Assembly: GCA_036172245.1 (NCBI GenBank)
Contig: JAYWIR010000006.1
Location: forward strand, 4,898,001-4,962,000
Direction of reading: 5' to 3'
Length of the DNA: 64,000 nt
Origin: Raillietiella orientalis
Taxonomy: Eukaryota
Shown: positions 61,851 through 64,000 of the stretch, piece by piece
How the letters are laid out: the number at the start of each line of letters is the position of its first letter
Position numbering within the stretch: position 1 is the first letter of the stretch
The notes under the pieces: model-generated
Seen by the model: only the letters and a program-made list of their open reading frames with translations
The model's database searches: none
Told to the model about the DNA's origin: nothing
Made by a program: the position numbers and the translations under genes

Positions 61851-61917
61851 TTTCCACCGTGGGCCGCTCCGTGATTGCGGCTCGCTCAGAGACGTCGGTG
61901 GCATTGAGGCGTCCGAG

Positions 61918-61925
61918 TATAAAAG
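61918..61925 (+). promoter_or_regulatory. TATA box
   Basis: TATAAAAG in otherwise GC-rich DNA, 95 bp upstream of ATG 62013. Confidence 0.75.
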
Positions 61926-62012
61926 TGGGCAGCTGGAGCAGTGGGCCCGGCAAAGAGCTCCGTGAGCGGTGGTGACACGGCAGTGAGCGGAGAAGGTGCT
62001 CCTCGGGAAAGC

Positions 62013-62027
62013 ATGAAGACGTCACAG
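62013..62027 (+). CDS. Exon 1 (MKTSQ) of secreted cuticle/pro-resilin-like protein
   Basis: ATG AAG ACG TCA CAG | GTAAAG, phase-0 donor; a tiny first exon splitting the signal peptide is typical of arthropod cuticular protein genes. Confidence 0.78.
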
Positions 62028-62623
62028 GTAAAGGGAAAGCGGCGGCAGCGGCGAAAGTGTGCGCGGCGGACAACGACGCCGTCGCCGCAGCTCCGGCCGC
62101 GCGGCTTTCCGGCGCACGCCGCGTCCGCCCGCGGTCCACAGAGGCGTGCGGTCCGTTGCCCGTTCTTCCATCGCTCCGCCTCCCTCCTCACGACCCCCGC
62201 AGACCGGGATGCCTTCTGGTTTCCGACGTCCCTCTCCCACGAGTGGTTCTTGACCCACCCCCCTCATCCCACCTCCTCCCTCCCTTCCCTTCACCACCCC
62301 TTTCTCCTCGAGTGCCCATACGGCTTCGACAGCTGCCACCCCCTCGGCTTGCGGGAGTCGCGCGTCTGCGCAAGCTGTGACGTTGCTTTCCGGGGCGGCC
62401 GTGAGCCGCGAAGGGGCGGAAGGGAAAGGTGGGGTGGGAAAGAGGGCAGGCATGGCCGCAGTGACGGAGGGACCCCCCAGTGGCGTGCCTCCAGAAATCG
62501 AAGGGGGTCCCTGGCGCGATATCCACGGCGTTACAGCAACATCCAGAAGGAACCTCCCCACTTCCTCCTGTCCAAGGCGCTGGACGCTCCCAGGTAGCCG
62601 GGCAAGTCGGACACAGCAGTGAC

Positions 62624-62978
62624 GGTAGTAAAGGGGACGATTGAGGGTAGCAGTGGTGCCAGGGGTACCGGTGAGGGAGGCTGGAGTCATCCCCCATCGC
62701 GTCCTGACTCGCGTGAGGGCCTCCCGGGCGTGCGCTCGCGGAGAACGCCTGCCGTCTCCTCGACGCGCCTCCGGGAGTCTCCGTCACCAGGGAGACGGCA
62801 TCTCCGGACCTACCGCGTACCCTTCGAGGAGCTCCAGGGTTTGAGCATCCTTCTTTTATCCTGGGGCAGGGGCTGGAGGGAGTCAGAAACAGGGTGCGTG
62901 GGGCGGGCAGAGGGACAGAGGCAGTCGCGCCGGAGGGTGGACGGCCGCTGGACCACTCTGCGGAGGCGGCGTCGAGGA
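62624..62978 (+). repeat. Direct repeat copy 2 (~350 bp), inside intron 1 of the cuticle-like gene
   Basis: Aligns with 60921-61275; a short third partial copy (AGAGGGACAGAGGCAGT) lies near 63023. Confidence 0.93.
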
Positions 62979-63109
62979 GACGGTTCCTGTCTACTCTAAC
63001 CCTCGACTTCTTCAGGGTTGGAAGAGGGACAGAGGCAGTTGCGCCGGATGAGGGTGGAGGGCTGCATGGCTACCCAGGGGCGATTCCTAATCACTTCTGT
63101 GCCTTCCAG

Positions 63110-63868
63110 ATCACCGGACTCGTGTGCTGCTGCTTCCTGGCGCTGCACGTCGTCGATGCACTCCCCGCCTCCTCCTACGGGGTCCCTTCTTCCCGGACCA
63201 GGATCAGCAATTCCTCCTCTTCCTCCTTCCCGGCTTACGAGGACACGCGATACGCGTTCCTGAGTCCCGGACAGGACGCTAGCTCTTCCCGGGAGTACGC
63301 AGTGGGCTACCAGTCCCCCCGCGGGCAAGAGGGCGGCGAAGGCGTTGCCCCCGGAGCGTCCCAGGCCCAGTCGCAGCAGGAGTTCGAGACCTACGCCGCG
63401 AGTTACGAGGACTCCGGCACGTATCAGAGACCCCAGCCCTCCCAAGCGGGAACGCAAAGAGATAAGGTCCTCAAGGACGCTCCCGTCGCCGCTGCCGCCA
63501 CCTACGAGGACGCGACTTCTCAGTACCGCGGACAGGAGTCCTCGGCTTCTGCCCTCGGAGCGCCTGCTGTCTCGGGATATGGCCAGCGGCGGCAGGAAGG
63601 CGACAGGCCCCAGGGATACCCCCGCGGCTACGGGCAGCTGGCGGAAGGCAGCGCAGCGAGCTACCCCGGGCAGGGACGACCGCAGACCTACGAAGCGGAG
63701 GAGGAAGCGGGGAGTGTTGGGCTGCCCTCTGCCGCCGCAAGGGGAAGGAACGGTGCTGCCGGAGCTCGGCAGCAGCAGCTCGCCCCATCTTACGAAGGGG
63801 CGTGGGTGAGCGGCGGCAGTGACTATTCCGGGCAGCAGCTGTCCTCTTCGAGCTCCCATCGGCCTGAG
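63110..63868 (+). CDS. Exon 2 of secreted low-complexity cuticle/pro-resilin-like protein
   Basis: Branch-site CTAAT 63087-63091, ccttccAG acceptor 63108-63109; 253 stop-free codons ITGLVCCCFLALHVVDA-LPASSYGVPSS... rich in S/G/A/Q with spaced Tyr (SYG, TYE, GYG, SYP). Confidence 0.82.
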
Positions 63869-63928
63869 GTAACGGGCGAAGGGTGCGCGCGCAGACCCGA
63901 ACCTTCTCCCTCCCTCCCCCTACTCCAG

Positions 63929-64000
63929 AGCCAACCCGGCTACGCCTACGCTTCGGATAGGAGGCCACAGGAGAGCGCACAGGACTCCTCCTACCAGAGG
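63929..64000 (+). CDS. Exon 3 (runs off window) of the same gene
   Basis: 60-nt GTAACG...ccccctactccAG intron 63869-63928, then SQPGYAYASDRRPQESAQDSSYQR in frame. Confidence 0.65.

Noticed and set aside
33900..61900. Hundreds of overlapping long ORFs (e.g. 55258-56523, 36978-38090, 35064-36026)
   Set aside because: They arise from stop-codon scarcity at high GC and from purine/pyrimidine tracts; recognisable motifs are frame-shifted TE relics.
60921..62978. LTR pair of a retrotransposon
   Set aside because: No TG...CA termini, primer-binding site or pol remnants; the interior holds a host promoter and exon.
62996..63859. 287-aa minus-strand ORF
   Set aside because: It is the antisense shadow of the plus-strand exon 2, which has splice signals and a signal peptide.

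Overview
Eukaryotic DNA, probably arthropod (inferred from gene structure and U6 variant; species not determinable). The window has two compositional domains: AT-rich 1-~26 kb (about 35-40% GC by eye) and GC/CpG-rich ~34-64 kb (about 60-65% by eye), with a transition between. Left: a minus-strand multi-exon adenylate kinase 9-like gene (7 phase-consistent exons traced by hand, 18879 down to 2426, continuing toward or past the window start) with an X-box plus forkhead motif upstream, and an unrecognised candidate 5-exon gene at 24756-19856. The 26-61 kb interval is a dense nest of heavily decayed retroelements (Tx1/L1, RTE, L2/Jockey, NeSL/R2-like, Gypsy), a tRNA-derived SINE family, ~300-bp polypurine tracts, a 35-bp minisatellite and a U6 snRNA 5' fragment extended into a fold-back palindrome. 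Right end: a plus-strand gene missed by the ORF track (TATA 61918, exon 1 MKTSQ, exon 2 from 63110) encoding a secreted S/G/Q/A/Y-rich cuticle/pro-resilin-like protein, whose promoter and exon 1 are bracketed by a ~350-bp direct repeat. No CRISPR array, intact transposon or clearly new multi-gene system is supported. Most long ORFs in the GC-rich half are compositional artefacts. All homology calls are motif recognition by eye, not database searches.
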